Assembly: GCA_963926175.1 (NCBI GenBank)
Contig: CAWUWE010000078.1
Location: 5,274-69,273 of the forward strand
Length of the DNA: 64,000 nt
Direction: 5' to 3'
Source: an uncultured Alphaproteobacteria bacterium
GTDB lineage: Bacteria > Pseudomonadota > Alphaproteobacteria > Puniceispirillales > Puniceispirillaceae
Positions 44,764-56,018 of this stretch are shown piece after piece. How positions within the stretch are numbered: position 1 is the first letter of the stretch; the number at the start of each line of letters is the position of its first letter. The translations under genes and the position numbers were made by a program. The notes beneath the pieces are model-generated. The model was not told the DNA's origin and searched no databases. It worked only from the letters and a program-made list of their open reading frames with translations.

Positions 44764-45879
44764 CTAACGTGCCAGACGATCCATTGCGTCAAGCACGGCT
44801 TTGGTCATGCCGTCGGTGCCGGTCTGCTCGCAGCCAGGCGCCATGATGTCACCGGTCCGTTTGTTTTCCAGTGCCATATTCACCGCCTTTTCAACCAGAT
44901 CGGCTTCATCAGCCTGATCAAAGCTATAGCGAAGCATCATGGCAAAGCTAAGGAACTGCGCCAGCGGATTGGCAAGACCCTTACCAGCGATATCAGGTGC
45001 TGAGCCATGAACCGGCTCATACATCGCTTTTGGCAGGCCGGTTTCGGGATCAGGCGTGCCAAGCGACGCCGATGGCAACATGCCAAGCGAGCCGGTCAAC
45101 ATAGCCGCGCAATCCGACAATAGATCACCAAACAGATTATCCGTGACAATCACGTCAAACTGCTTTGGGTTGCGAACAAGCTGCATGGCGCAGTTATCAG
45201 CATACATATGGCTCAAAGCAACGCCTTCGCCTTCGGCAGCGTGAAGCGCGGTCATCACCTGACGCCACAACACGCCTGAATGCATGACATTGGCCTTTTC
45301 AACCGAGGTCAGCCGGCCATCACGTTTGCGAGCCAATTCCATACCAACGCGGCCAATCCGTTCGATTTCCGGCGTTGTATAGGCATTGGTGTCATAGCCT
45401 CTTTTGATGCCATTGCCTAAATCATCAATGCCGCGTGGTTCGGCAAAATAAGACCCGCCGCATAATTCGCGAAGGATCATAATATCAAGTCCGGAGACGA
45501 CTTCGGGCTTTAGCGTTGAGGCATCGACCAAAGTTGGAAACACTATCGCTGGCCGCAGATTGGCAAAAAGATCCATTTCCTTGCGAAGCCGCAAAAGCCC
45601 AGCTTCAGGACGAACCTCAAAAGGAACACCATCATATTTTGGTGTACCAACCGCGCCAAAAAGAACCGCATCACTGGCAATCGAATCGGCAAGGGTTTCA
45701 TCGGTAAGCGGCGTGCCATGAACATCATAGGCGGCACCACCAACAAGACCTTCAGACAGATCAAAACCAAGGCTACGATGTTTTGCCAGCCAGTCAATAA
45801 TCTTCATATTGGCCTGCATGACCTCATTGCCAATCCCGTCACCGGGCAACACCATTACTTTGCGATTAGACGCCATCAT
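44764..45879 (-). CDS. leuB: 3-isopropylmalate dehydrogenase
   Basis: [20 protein letters not shown] and [27 protein letters not shown] before ATG 45879. Confidence 0.95.
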   Translation of the reverse strand: MMASNRKVMVLPGDGIGNEVMQANMKIIDWLAKHRSLGFDLSEGLVGGAAYDVHGTPLTDETLADSIASDAVLFGAVGTPKYDGVPFEVRPEAGLLRLRKEMDLFANLRPAIVFPTLVDASTLKPEVVSGLDIMILRELCGGSYFAEPRGIDDLGNGIKRGYDTNAYTTPEIERIGRVGMELARKRDGRLTSVEKANVMHSGVLWRQVMTALHAAEGEGVALSHMYADNCAMQLVRNPKQFDVIVTDNLFGDLLSDCAAMLTGSLGMLPSASLGTPDPETGLPKAMYEPVHGSAPDIAGKGLANPLAQFLSFAMMLRYSFDQADEADLVEKAVNMALENKRTGDIMAPGCEQTGTDGMTKAVLDAMDRLAR

Positions 45880-45930
45880 CTTTTCCTTCAATTTTATGCT
45901 ATGACTAAAGCCAGTCTTGAGAACCGGTTT

Positions 45931-46536
45931 TTAAAGCCAAGGCTGATCCTTCTCACGCTTGGCTTCATAGCTGTCGATATCATCTGCTTTGGCAAGCGTA
46001 AGACCGATATCATCAAGCCCTTCAAGCAAGCATTTCTTGCGGAACGGATCAATTTCAAATGACACGGTTGGGCCATTTGGGCGGCGGATTGTCTGATTGA
46101 CCAGATCAACCGATAATTCCGGATTTTCCGTATCAGACGCATCGGCCATCAAAGCATCGCGATCATCAGCACTTACAACAATTGGCAGAATGCCATTCTT
46201 GAAACAATTATTGTAAAAGATATCGGCAAAGCTTGTTGAAATCACACAGCGAACGCCAAAATCAAGAAGCGCCCATGGGGCGTGTTCACGGCTTGATCCA
46301 CAGCCAAAATTATCGCCAGCCACCAGAATTTCAGCATTGCGATACGGCGCGCGATTCAGCACGAAATCATCAATTTCACTGCCATCCTGACGATAGCGCA
46401 TTTCATCAAACAGATTCTTGCCAAGGCCCGATCGTTTGATAGTTTTCAAAAACTGCTTCGGAATAATCATATCAGTGTCGATATTCAGAATATTCAGCGG
46501 CGCGGCAACGCCGGTCAGCTTGTCAAATTTCTGCAT
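45931..46536 (-). CDS. leuD: 3-isopropylmalate dehydratase small subunit
   Basis: 201 aa. [14 protein letters not shown] and [17 protein letters not shown]. Confidence 0.95.
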   Translation of the reverse strand: MQKFDKLTGVAAPLNILNIDTDMIIPKQFLKTIKRSGLGKNLFDEMRYRQDGSEIDDFVLNRAPYRNAEILVAGDNFGCGSSREHAPWALLDFGVRCVISTSFADIFYNNCFKNGILPIVVSADDRDALMADASDTENPELSVDLVNQTIRRPNGPTVSFEIDPFRKKCLLEGLDDIGLTLAKADDIDSYEAKREKDQPWL

Positions 46537-46554
46537 GGGATGACTCCGTTTTCC

Positions 46555-47958
46555 TTAGATATTCCGCACATCGGCAAGATGACCCGACAGCGCCGCAGCA
46601 ACAGCCATTTGCGGGCTAACAAGATGCGTGCGTCCACCGCGACCCTGACGGCCTTCGAAATTGCGGTTTGATGTCGAAGCACAGCGCTCGCCTTCGGCAA
46701 GCTTGTCAGCATTCATCGCAAGACACATTGAACAGCCCGGTTCGCGCCATTCAAATCCAGCATCGATAAAGACCTTATCAAGCCCTTCAGCCTCGGCCTG
46801 TTCTTTCACAAGTCCTGATCCAGGAACGACAAGCGCCCGCATGCCATTAGCAACTTTGCGGCCTTCGGCAAGCGCTGCCGCCGCACGAAGATCTTCGATC
46901 CGGCTGTTGGTGCATGAACCGATAAACACTGTATCAACCTTGATATCGGTCAGTTTTTGACCCGGTGTGAGCCCCATATAGGCAATGGCTCGCTCCATTT
47001 TGGCGCGTTTATTGGCGTCTTTTTCTTTGTCCGGATTTGGCACTGAATCAGTGATCGCAAGCGCATCTTCAGGACTGGTACCCCATGTTACGGTTGGCGC
47101 AATATCTTCGGCAGCAAGCGTAATTTCCACATCATAGACTGCCCCAGCATCAGAAGGCAGGGTTTGCCAATAGGCAATGGCGTGATCCCAATTATCACCT
47201 TTTGGTGTCATTGGCCGGTCTGCCAGATAATCATAGGTTGTTTGGTCAGGCGCAATCATGCCAGCGCGGGCGCCAGCCTCAATCGCCATGTTACAGACCG
47301 TCATACGGCCTTCCATGCTAAAGCCGCGAATCACTGATCCGGCAAATTCAATCACATGGCCAGTACCGCCAGCAGTGCCTATCTTGCCAATGATGGCCAA
47401 GATAACATCTTTGGCCGTCACGCTGTCGGCAAGGGCGCCATCAACGGTGATGCGCATGTTTTTGGCTGGCTTTTGAATAAGCGTCTGGGTTGTCAGAACA
47501 TGTTCAACCTCAGAAGTTCCGATGCCAAAGGCCAGCGCGCCAAATGCCCCATGGGTTGCGGTATGCGAATCACCACAAACAATGGTCATGCCCGGAAGGG
47601 TAAAGCCCTGTTCCGGCCCAATCACATGAACAATCCCCTGCCGGATATCATCCATCGCAAAGTAGGGAACGCCAAAATCAGCCGCATTTTTTTCCAAAGC
47701 TTCGACCTGGATACGGCTTTCTTCATCTTCGATACCAACCGAGCGGTCGGTTGTTGGGATATTATGATCGGCAACGGCAAGCGTGCGGTTCGGGGCACGC
47801 ACGGCGCGGCCAGTATTGCGAAGCCCTTCAAACGCCTGTGGGCTGGTCACTTCATGAACCAGATGCCGATCAATATAGATCAGGCATGTGCCATCTTCCT
47901 GTTGATGCACAAGATGTGCATTCCAGATCTTATCAAACAGAGTTTTTGGAGCCGACAT
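46555..47958 (-). CDS. leuC: 3-isopropylmalate dehydratase large subunit
   Basis: [16 protein letters not shown], and the aconitase-family Cys ligands GSCTNSR and PGCSMCL. Confidence 0.97.
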   Translation of the reverse strand: MSAPKTLFDKIWNAHLVHQQEDGTCLIYIDRHLVHEVTSPQAFEGLRNTGRAVRAPNRTLAVADHNIPTTDRSVGIEDEESRIQVEALEKNAADFGVPYFAMDDIRQGIVHVIGPEQGFTLPGMTIVCGDSHTATHGAFGALAFGIGTSEVEHVLTTQTLIQKPAKNMRITVDGALADSVTAKDVILAIIGKIGTAGGTGHVIEFAGSVIRGFSMEGRMTVCNMAIEAGARAGMIAPDQTTYDYLADRPMTPKGDNWDHAIAYWQTLPSDAGAVYDVEITLAAEDIAPTVTWGTSPEDALAITDSVPNPDKEKDANKRAKMERAIAYMGLTPGQKLTDIKVDTVFIGSCTNSRIEDLRAAAALAEGRKVANGMRALVVPGSGLVKEQAEAEGLDKVFIDAGFEWREPGCSMCLAMNADKLAEGERCASTSNRNFEGRQGRGGRTHLVSPQMAVAAALSGHLADVRNI

Positions 47959-48013
47959 ATCATTCTCCTGATTGCTGCCGGCGAGGAGGTCATCTCAAAG
48001 CCGGTCTGGCAAT

Positions 48014-48394
48014 TTAAGAAGATGACGCCTCGCGATAGGTTACTTTTTCAGCGATACGAGCCGCCTTACCGGTACGGCCACGCAAATAATATAGCTTGGC
48101 ACGACGAACACGACCACGACGCATTACCGTTACACCGGCAACCTGTGGCGCATGTGTTGGGAATACGCGCTCTACACCTTCACCATAGGAAATCTTCCGA
48201 ACGGTGAATGACGAATTAACGCCATCGCTTTTCCGCGCAATGCAGACCCCTTCAAAGGCCTGAATCCGCTCGCGCGTACCTTCAATAACTTTCACATCAA
48301 CACGAACGGTGTCACCGGGTGCAAATTCTGGCAACTGACGTTGGCCAAGCACTTTCTCGATCTGTTTATTGCCTATGCGGTCAATGATGTTCAT
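48014..48394 (-). CDS. rplS: 50S ribosomal protein L19
   Basis: [34 protein letters not shown] is the canonical L19 sequence. Confidence 0.97.
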   Translation of the reverse strand: MNIIDRIGNKQIEKVLGQRQLPEFAPGDTVRVDVKVIEGTRERIQAFEGVCIARKSDGVNSSFTVRKISYGEGVERVFPTHAPQVAGVTVMRRGRVRRAKLYYLRGRTGKAARIAEKVTYREASSS

Positions 48395-48468
48395 CGCCCG
48401 GTTCCCTTCATAAATTCCGTGTCACCCTTGCCGGTTATTCAACCGACGGCCAGCCCCGTGCTGGTGGG

Positions 48469-49239
48469 TCACTTACTTTTGCCCTTTTGCAGTGCCTGCC
48501 GATCCAGATATTGTTGCCACAAATCCGGACGCCGACGCTGCGTCTCTTTTTCTGCCTCCGCCTGTCGCCATTCGGCGATCTTGCGGTGGTGGCCCGATGC
48601 CAGAATTTCCGGCGCTTCGATGCCATTCCAGACACGGGGCTGGGTATAATGCGAATGTTCCAACAACCCGGTCTCAAAACTTTCTTCGCGATGGCTGGCT
48701 TCTTTGCCCATAACACCGGGCAACAGACGAATAACCGAATCCATCACAGTCAGCGCTGCTGTTTCGCCGCCTGACAAAATATAATCACCGATACTGACTT
48801 CCATCATACCGGCCAAATCGATCACGCGTTGATCAATCCCTTCATACCGCCCGCACAAAAACACCGCCCCTTTAGCGGCAACCAGATCGCGCACCAGCGC
48901 CTGATCCAGCACCCTGCCACGCGGTGACAGGTAAAGCCGCGGACCCGGACAATCCGCCACAGCGGCCAAGGCCGCGGCAACAACATCCGGTTTTAGCACC
49001 ATACCAACACCACCGCCAAGCGGAGTATCATCCACAGTACGGTGCTTATCGCGCGCAAAGTCGCGAATGTCCAGCGTTTTCAGCGCCCAAATGCCTTCAT
49101 TTAGCGATTTTCCTGCCAATGAATAAGCCAGATGTCCCGGAAACATATCTGGAAACAAAGTTAAAACCGTTGCCTGCCAGTGTGGCAAAGCCGGATTAGC
49201 ATCGGTTTGCCGGTCTAGATGGGGTTCGATTTTTGTCAT
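48469..49239 (-). CDS. trmD: tRNA (guanine37-N1)-methyltransferase
   Basis: [21 protein letters not shown] and [10 protein letters not shown] chose ATG 49239, which has an AAGGAAAGGA RBS. The ORF-track start at 49305 would overlap rimM. Confidence 0.93.
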   Translation of the reverse strand: MTKIEPHLDRQTDANPALPHWQATVLTLFPDMFPGHLAYSLAGKSLNEGIWALKTLDIRDFARDKHRTVDDTPLGGGVGMVLKPDVVAAALAAVADCPGPRLYLSPRGRVLDQALVRDLVAAKGAVFLCGRYEGIDQRVIDLAGMMEVSIGDYILSGGETAALTVMDSVIRLLPGVMGKEASHREESFETGLLEHSHYTQPRVWNGIEAPEILASGHHRKIAEWRQAEAEKETQRRRPDLWQQYLDRQALQKGKSK

Positions 49240-49285
49240 TTCCCCATCCTTTCCTTGTTCACAAACGCCATTGGTTTCGGCCGGA

Positions 49286-49819
49286 TTAGGCTGGTGCATC
49301 ACCATCTATAACATCATCCAGCAAACCAGCCGGCACCGACAAATTGATCGTTTTTGCCGCCATATCAACCGCAAGCAAACGCTCACCACCAAAAGGAACC
49401 ATGATTGTTGGCCCTGATTCGCCAGCAAGCTCGGCAATTTCACCAGCCCCAAAATCATGAATGCCAATCAATTTTCCAAGCCATTGACCATTTTGATCGG
49501 TCACCGCCATTCCCAGCAAATCAGCATGATAGATTTCACCATCATCCAGATCGGGAAGCCGATCACGCGACACATGAAGCGTGACACCACGAAGCGCCTC
49601 AGCGGCCTCACGCGTCTCAACGCCTTTTGCCCGAACAATGGCCAATCCCTTGGCATTGACCGATGTGATCTGCAACTGTAATTGCCGGCCATCATCCAAT
49701 GTAACCGGCCCATAAGCCGACAGCGCTTGCAGCGTCGCAGTAAAAGGTTTTACCTTGAACTGCCCCTTGATCCCTTGCGGGCCAACAATCGCGCCAATCG
49801 GCAAATGGCCGCTTATCAC
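49286..49819 (-). CDS. rimM: 16S rRNA processing protein RimM
   Basis: [19 protein letters not shown] (PRC-barrel protein) in the rpsP-rimM-trmD-rplS order. The GTG start overlaps the rpsP stop. Confidence 0.9.
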   Translation of the reverse strand: MISGHLPIGAIVGPQGIKGQFKVKPFTATLQALSAYGPVTLDDGRQLQLQITSVNAKGLAIVRAKGVETREAAEALRGVTLHVSRDRLPDLDDGEIYHADLLGMAVTDQNGQWLGKLIGIHDFGAGEIAELAGESGPTIMVPFGGERLLAVDMAAKTINLSVPAGLLDDVIDGDAPA

Positions 49820-50313
49820 TAGCTGCCTGCCTTTTCCTCAGCAGCAGCTTCTTCAGCAGGCGCCTCTTCAGCAACAACTTCTTCAGCTGTGACTGCTGCT
49901 GTCGCTGCCGCCGCTTCTTCGGCCGCCGCAGCTTCAGCTGCTGCAGATTCGGCTGCTGCAGATTCGGCTGCCGCTGCCACGGCAGATGCAGCTTCAGTTT
50001 CACGTTCAGCGCGCTTTTTACCAGGTGCTGATTTCTTTGGCTGATCACGAATAACTGGTGCCTCAGCAAGGCCAGCCGCAGCCAACATTTTATGAACACG
50101 ATCAGTTGGTTTGGCGCCCTGTCCAAGCCAGAAAGTGATGCGCTCGCTGTTCAGCGTCATGCGCTGCTCATGCTCTTTTGGCACCATTGGATTATAGGTG
50201 CCAACACGCTCGACATAGCGACCATCACGTGGTGCTGAGGCTTCGGCAACAACAATCCGGTAAAATGGGCGTTTTTTTGCACCGCCGCGTGCCAGTCTGA
50301 TTTTCAAAGCCAT
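49819..50313 (-). CDS. rpsP: 30S ribosomal protein S16 with an Ala/Glu-rich C-terminal extension
   Basis: [23 protein letters not shown] is the canonical S16 N-terminus (ATG 50313). An acidic Ala/Glu tail of about 55 aa follows. Confidence 0.95.
   Translation of the reverse strand: MALKIRLARGGAKKRPFYRIVVAEASAPRDGRYVERVGTYNPMVPKEHEQRMTLNSERITFWLGQGAKPTDRVHKMLAAAGLAEAPVIRDQPKKSAPGKKRAERETEAASAVAAAAESAAAESAAAEAAAAEEAAAATAAVTAEEVVAEEAPAEEAAAEEKAGS
49937..49966. repeat. Tandem 15-nt duplication inside the rpsP tail
   Basis: GCTGCTGCAGATTCG occurs twice in tandem, plus a partial third copy. It encodes the repeated AAESA on the minus strand. Confidence 0.6.
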
Positions 50314-50352
50314 GAATTTATCCCTTTCATTGGCGTTAGTCGTCAATAATTT

Positions 50353-51861
50353 CTATTTTTTCTTACCGTCAGGTTTGCCACCCAATCCCGGTAATCCATT
50401 GGCAAGGCTGCTTCCCAATCCTTTGGCAAGCCCGCCGCCCAATCCTTTTCCAAACCCAGATGATCCAAGCCCACGAGACAGCGCACCAAGATCAGGCATT
50501 GCACCGCCGCCACCCGGCATGCCACTGCCACCAAGCATTGCTTTCATCGCCGCAGCACCGGTTTTGCCGCCCATTTTTTTCATCATGCGGGCCATATCTT
50601 GATATTGCTTGACCAGCCGGTTAACATCTTGAACCGTTGTTCCAGATCCGGCCGCAATGCGTTTGCGCCGTGACGCATTCAACAAGCCAACAGCAATACG
50701 TTCTTTTTTGGTCATTGATAGAATGATCGCTTCTTGCCGTTTGATCATGCTGTCATCAATACCAGCAGCCGCAATTTGTTTCTGCATTTTGCCGATACCA
50801 GGCAACATGCCCATCAAACCACCAAGCCCGCCCATTTTCTGCAACTGGCGAATCTGCGCCAGAAAATCATTCATATCGAACTGGCCCTTGGCCATGCGTT
50901 TTGCCAGCCGTTCGGCTTCTTCGACCTCAATGGCTTCAGAGGCTTTTTCGACAAGCGCGACAACATCGCCCATATCCAGAATCCGGCCAGCCAAACGCGC
51001 CGGATCAAATTCTTCAAGCGCGTCCTGCTTTTCGCCAACACCGGCAAATTTGATCGGACAGCCAGTCACATGGCGCATCGACAAGGCCGCACCACCGCGC
51101 GCATCACCATCAAGACGGGTCAGCGCAATGCCGGTAACGCCAACCGCCTTATGGAACGCTTCGGCTGTATTAACCGCATCCTGTCCAGTCATCGCATCGG
51201 CAACAAGCAGAATTTCATGCGGGTTGGTTGCCTTTTTGATATCGCGCAATTCGGCCATCAGGCTTTCGTCAATGCCAAGACGGCCAGCCGTATCCAAAAT
51301 CAAAACATCATAGGCTTGTAATTTTGCTGCCTGTAAAGCGCGTTTGGCAATTTGCGTTGGGCTTTCGCCATCAACCTCGTTCAGCACGCCAACATCGGCC
51401 TGACCACCAAGCATGCGCAATTGCTCTCGCGCGGCCGGGCGCGTAACGTCAAGCGAGGCCAGCATAACCTTTTTGCGATCACGGCTGCGCAGCCGTAATG
51501 CCAATTTACCTGCTGTTGTGGTTTTACCCGAACCCTGCAAACCGGCCATCAAAATAACGGCTGGCGGGTTGGTGGCAATATTCAATGGCGCGGCATCACC
51601 GCCAAGCATTTCGATCAAAGCATCATGGACAATTTTGATCACTTGCTGATCGGGGCGCACAGCGCGCATGCTGGCAACGCCAACCGCCTTTTCACGCGCT
51701 TTATCAGCAAAGGCTTTTACCGCAGGCAAGGCGACATCAGCATCAAGCAAAGCCAACCGCACTTCACGAAGCGCAGCATCAACATCCGACTCGCTAAGCG
51801 CACCGCGGCGTGCCAGCCCGTCAAAGACATCAGCTAATTTACTTTTCAGCGTATCAAACAT
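50353..51861 (-). CDS. ffh: Signal recognition particle protein Ffh
   Basis: NG domain (GLQGSGKTTTAGKLA, DTAGRL), a Met-rich M domain, and a Gly/Leu-rich ~55-aa tail. Confidence 0.97.
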   Translation of the reverse strand: MFDTLKSKLADVFDGLARRGALSESDVDAALREVRLALLDADVALPAVKAFADKAREKAVGVASMRAVRPDQQVIKIVHDALIEMLGGDAAPLNIATNPPAVILMAGLQGSGKTTTAGKLALRLRSRDRKKVMLASLDVTRPAAREQLRMLGGQADVGVLNEVDGESPTQIAKRALQAAKLQAYDVLILDTAGRLGIDESLMAELRDIKKATNPHEILLVADAMTGQDAVNTAEAFHKAVGVTGIALTRLDGDARGGAALSMRHVTGCPIKFAGVGEKQDALEEFDPARLAGRILDMGDVVALVEKASEAIEVEEAERLAKRMAKGQFDMNDFLAQIRQLQKMGGLGGLMGMLPGIGKMQKQIAAAGIDDSMIKRQEAIILSMTKKERIAVGLLNASRRKRIAAGSGTTVQDVNRLVKQYQDMARMMKKMGGKTGAAAMKAMLGGSGMPGGGGAMPDLGALSRGLGSSGFGKGLGGGLAKGLGSSLANGLPGLGGKPDGKKK

Positions 51862-52045
51862 GGTTTTGAACCTGCTTGCCCTTTGTTATTTTGCGTTACC
51901 ACCATCATCCAAATTGCAAAATGCCTCTTCGCACCCGTGCTCGAAAACTTCAAGGACGTGTGGAACCCGCAAAGGTCATTTCATTCGGCGATGGCCTGAT
52001 TTAATTGAAGCTCTTGCGCTTTTTACGGTGAATTGTCAAGAATAA

Positions 52046-52840
52046 GTGATGTTCTTTATCTTATCAAAAACACTTGATCTCCTTCTTGAACCCCTGATCA
52101 TCCCCTATCTATTTCTGGCGGTTGGGCTTTTTGCACGCTGGCGGCGCTGGCGTTGGATCATGTGGCTGGCCTTTTTGATTGCCATTGCCCTGCCGCTTGG
52201 CTGTAATTTTCTGCCGGTTTCTAGCCTGCCTTTGCAATTTCTGGAAAACCGGATTGCCCGCGGCGATATCGGCCAACGCCATATTGATGGGATCATTGTT
52301 CTTGGTGGATTTACCGACAATGGCATGGTTGCGCAAAGCCGCGATCATTATAATTTAGGCGGGGCGGCTGAACGATTTACCGCCGCCATGACGCTAGCAC
52401 GTGCGCATCCCGATACGCCGATTCTGTTTAGTGGTTTTTCGGGTGAATTGATACAGCGCGGCTGGCACGAAAGTGATAATATCCGCGATCTGGTCAACCA
52501 GCTTGGCGGGCTAAGCCGAACCGTTCTTTATGAAGAAAACAGCCGCAACACCTATGAAAATGCAGTGAATAGCCGTCAAATTCTAGCAGCGGAACCCGGT
52601 ACAAATTGGATTTTAATCACCTCGGCAAATCATATGCCGCGTGCCATTGGCAGCTTTGCCGCCGCTGGTTGGTCGGGCGTGATTCCCTATCCGGTTGATT
52701 TTCAAACCCAAAAAACAGGCTATACTGATCTTTGGAATATTGATCAGGGCGTCTTGCTTATGCGCCAAGCCTTGCATGAATATGTAGGGCTATTGGTCTA
52801 TTATCTATCCGGACGAAGCGCCGCGCTGTTACCTGATTAG
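52046..52840 (+). CDS. DUF218 (YdcF/ElyC-like) membrane protein, second copy in the window
   Basis: Two or three N-terminal TM helices, then IIVLGG...ILFSGFSG...SRNTYENA...ITSANHMPRA, the DUF218 core. Confidence 0.75.
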   Translation: MMFFILSKTLDLLLEPLIIPYLFLAVGLFARWRRWRWIMWLAFLIAIALPLGCNFLPVSSLPLQFLENRIARGDIGQRHIDGIIVLGGFTDNGMVAQSRDHYNLGGAAERFTAAMTLARAHPDTPILFSGFSGELIQRGWHESDNIRDLVNQLGGLSRTVLYEENSRNTYENAVNSRQILAAEPGTNWILITSANHMPRAIGSFAAAGWSGVIPYPVDFQTQKTGYTDLWNIDQGVLLMRQALHEYVGLLVYYLSGRSAALLPD

Positions 52841-52843
52841 GCT

Positions 52844-53806
52844 TTACGCATTGGCGGTACGGCGATCCATTTCAGAATCAACACCGGCAAGCGCCTTGGC
52901 AAATTCATCAGCGGCAAAGGGCTGCAAGTCATCAGCACCTTCGCCAACCCCGACAGCATGAACCGGAAGGCCAAATTCTTCAGCAAGCGCAACAACAACA
53001 CCGCCTTTTGCCGATCCATCAAGTTTGGTCACAATCAGGCCCGACAAATCGGCAACAGCGGAAAAGGCTTTGACCTGCGACATCGCGTTCTGGCCAACGG
53101 TTCCATCAAGAACAATCACCGAATCATGCGGTGCACTGGCATCTAATTTCCGGATCACACGGACAATTTTGGCCAGCTCATCCATCCGCTCGGTTCGGTT
53201 TTGCAACCGGCCAGCCGTATCAATGATCAACACATCGGCATTATCTTCCTTGGCCTGAACCATCGCCCGATAGGCCAGCGCCGCCGCATCACCACCCGTC
53301 GCATCGGCGATCACCCTTGTGCCGGTTCGCTCGCCCCAGATTTGCAATTGCTCAACCGCGGCCGCCCGAAATGTATCGCCAGCGGCAAGCAATACGGTTT
53401 TGCCTTCGGCTTGCCAATTTTGTGCAAGCTTGCCTGCGGTTGTGGTTTTTCCCGAACCATTAACACCAACAAGAAGCACAACATGCGGCCGGTTTTGGAG
53501 GTCAATCTCAAGCGGTTTGGCAACTGGTTTTAAAATGGCCTCCAGCCCATCAGCCAGGGCAAGCGCAATTGAATCTGCATCAACCGGACCGTCAAATTTA
53601 TGCGCCTTTAAAGCATTGGCAAGCCGGATTGCCGAAGCCGTCCCAAGATCAGCAGCAATCAGCGCATCTTCGACTTCTTCCAATGAGGCTGCATCCAGTT
53701 TTGATTTGCCAATCAGCGCCGATAAAGAGGGTAGGCTGACCAGTGATTCGCTGACTTTTTTGCTTGATTTGCTAAGACCATCTTTTAGTTTTTTAAACCA
53801 GTTCAT
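52844..53806 (-). CDS. ftsY: Signal recognition particle receptor FtsY
   Basis: GVNGSGKTTTAGKLA, DTAGRLQN and TKLDGSAKGG; a short alphaproteobacterial form. Confidence 0.95.
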   Translation of the reverse strand: MNWFKKLKDGLSKSSKKVSESLVSLPSLSALIGKSKLDAASLEEVEDALIAADLGTASAIRLANALKAHKFDGPVDADSIALALADGLEAILKPVAKPLEIDLQNRPHVVLLVGVNGSGKTTTAGKLAQNWQAEGKTVLLAAGDTFRAAAVEQLQIWGERTGTRVIADATGGDAAALAYRAMVQAKEDNADVLIIDTAGRLQNRTERMDELAKIVRVIRKLDASAPHDSVIVLDGTVGQNAMSQVKAFSAVADLSGLIVTKLDGSAKGGVVVALAEEFGLPVHAVGVGEGADDLQPFAADEFAKALAGVDSEMDRRTANA

Positions 53807-55095
53807 GCGCTCTGCGCCCCCTTTGCAACCGCACGACCGACAAGACTGTTGCCATCACGCCCGATCAATTCAACATCAACAAGCTGGCCTGACGGGATAA
53901 AGTCGCCCACAAGCCGGATCTTGGCAAAATTGCGCCCATGCCCGCGATTGCCCGCCTCGACAAGAAGCTGATCGCGCTTGCCAATGGCGCTATTAAGAAA
54001 ACTGGCAAGCCGCGCCGCACCAAGGGCGCGCAATTCGGCAGCCCGTTGCTTAATCACCAAGGCGGGTGTTTGCGGCATATCGGCAGCCGGCGTTCCCGGG
54101 CGTGGTGAATAGGGAAATATATGAAGATGCGTGATATCCGCTTTGGCGATGATTGCCAGGCTGGCTTGATGCGCCTGATCATTTTCGGTTGGAAATCCGG
54201 CAATGACATCAGCCCCGAAAATCACATCCGACCGACGGCGACGCGCCTCGTCACAAAAGCGCAGAATATCACGCGCCAGATGGCGGCGTTTCATCCGTTT
54301 CAAAATTAAATCATCACCATGCTGTAATGATAAATGCAAATGCGGCAAAAGACGCTGGTCTTCGGCAAGAACATCCATCAATTCAGCATCAGGTTCAGCC
54401 GGATCAATTGACGATAGACGCAATCTTGGCAAATCTTGAACCGCATACAAAATCTGGCGAACCAGATTGCCAAGCCGTGGCCTTCCGGGCAAATCACTTC
54501 CCCATGAGGTGATGTCAACACCGGTTAACACCAATTCCTTGCAGCCATTGGCAACGAGTCGCCGCGCCGCATCAATCAGATCGCTTGCTGGTGCCGACCG
54601 GTTATTGCCGCGTCCATAGGGAATTATGCAAAAGGTGCAGCGATGATCACAGCCCTGCTGAACCTGCAAAAAGGCGCGGGTATGTTCGTGAAAGCTATCG
54701 ACCATATGCGATGCGGTTTCGCGCACTTCCATCACATCACTCACCAAAAGCGATGGCGCATCATTGGCTGCTAATTTTGTCCAGCTTGCCGTCTGCAATT
54801 TGTCATGATTGCCAACAACCTGCGTCACTTCAGGCATTGCCGCCCATGTTTCAGGTGCAATCTGGGCAGCGCATCCCGTGACAATGATTTTGGCATCAGG
54901 GTGATCGCGGCGGGCTTTGCGAATGGCTTGGCGTGCCTGTTTTTCGGCTTCGGCGGTTACCGCGCAAGTGTTAAAAATAATCGCATCAGACAAACCGGCA
55001 GCGCCCGCCTGATCGCGGATTACTTCAGATTCCCAAATATTCAACCGGCAGCCAAAGGTTTGCACGTCAGGCGCATTGCGTTTGCTCATGCGCAT
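53803..55095 (-). CDS. mtaB: MiaB-like tRNA methylthiotransferase (MtaB type, radical SAM)
   Basis: N-terminal UPF0004 Cys triad (FGCRLN...NTCAVT...GC) and the radical-SAM motif CDHRCTFCIIP. It sits in the conserved dapF-mtaB-ftsY order. Confidence 0.85.
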   Translation of the reverse strand: MRMSKRNAPDVQTFGCRLNIWESEVIRDQAGAAGLSDAIIFNTCAVTAEAEKQARQAIRKARRDHPDAKIIVTGCAAQIAPETWAAMPEVTQVVGNHDKLQTASWTKLAANDAPSLLVSDVMEVRETASHMVDSFHEHTRAFLQVQQGCDHRCTFCIIPYGRGNNRSAPASDLIDAARRLVANGCKELVLTGVDITSWGSDLPGRPRLGNLVRQILYAVQDLPRLRLSSIDPAEPDAELMDVLAEDQRLLPHLHLSLQHGDDLILKRMKRRHLARDILRFCDEARRRRSDVIFGADVIAGFPTENDQAHQASLAIIAKADITHLHIFPYSPRPGTPAADMPQTPALVIKQRAAELRALGAARLASFLNSAIGKRDQLLVEAGNRGHGRNFAKIRLVGDFIPSGQLVDVELIGRDGNSLVGRAVAKGAQSA

Positions 55096-55955
55096 GTCCT
55101 CATCAATGCCAATAAATCACCGTGAAGCACCCCTTCAAAAACATAGGCAATTGGCCCGCGCATAATCACCCGCCCGCCTGATGTGCCATCATCCTGCCAG
55201 TCGATAAACACACTGCCACCATCCATGATGATTTCATTGCGCCGCGCACCGCGCCCTGATCGCTTCACCGCAACCCCAACAGCACATGCCCCAGACCCAC
55301 AGGCAAAGGTAATGCCACCACCACGTTCCCATACGCGCATGCGAAACTGGTCTGGGCCAACCTTGGTCACAAAAGAAATATTCGCCCGATCGGGAAATAG
55401 CGGATGATGCTCGAGCTGCGGCCCAATATGTGCAAGATCAATCGCCTCGGCATCATCAACAAATAGCACCGCATGCGGATTGCCCATTGAATGGCAAACT
55501 GCCGTCACCGGCACCAATGCGCCAAGATCAACCGCTGCCGTATCGGCAGGGCTTGCCAAAGGCACCTCGTCCCATGCAAGCCGCGCCGGCCCCATATCAA
55601 CCGCGATATGATCGGCATCTTCAGCCGCACGCCAGATTTGCAAAATGCCAGCATCCGTCTCGATCGACAGCTTTGATAATCCAAGATCGCGCATCACCAG
55701 ATCGGCAACACATCTTGTGCCATTACCGCAAGCGGCAGCGTCACTGCCATCGCTATTGAGAATCTGCATAAAAATATCAGCCTTGGCCGAAGCGCGGATA
55801 ACCAATATTTGATCACAGCCAATGCCGAAATGGCGGTCGGCAAGACGCGTTGCCACAGCAGCCCCAATCACATCGGGAATGCCATTTGCCAGATCGCGCG
55901 CATCAAGAACAATGAAATCATTGCCAAGGCCATGCATCTTTAAAAAAGCTGTCAT
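55086..55955 (-). CDS. dapF: Diaminopimelate epimerase
   Basis: FLKMHGLGNDFIVLD with catalytic Cys contexts GNGTRC and ACGSGAC. ATG 55955. Confidence 0.93.
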   Translation of the reverse strand: MTAFLKMHGLGNDFIVLDARDLANGIPDVIGAAVATRLADRHFGIGCDQILVIRASAKADIFMQILNSDGSDAAACGNGTRCVADLVMRDLGLSKLSIETDAGILQIWRAAEDADHIAVDMGPARLAWDEVPLASPADTAAVDLGALVPVTAVCHSMGNPHAVLFVDDAEAIDLAHIGPQLEHHPLFPDRANISFVTKVGPDQFRMRVWERGGGITFACGSGACAVGVAVKRSGRGARRNEIIMDGGSVFIDWQDDGTSGGRVIMRGPIAYVFEGVLHGDLLALMRTCA

Positions 55956-56018
55956 AGAAAAGCATATAGCCGGTTTTTCCCCATCGCGAAAGGGGGTCGG
56001 CATGGTGATGATCGTAGG

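Noticed and set aside
47356-48207. 283-aa plus-strand ORF spanning the leuC 5' end, the spacer and the rplS 3' end
   Set aside because: It is entirely antisense to two strongly conserved genes. It has no RBS, its composition looks like noise (His/Asn/Arg-rich, no motifs), and it crosses an intergenic spacer. This is a typical shadow ORF.
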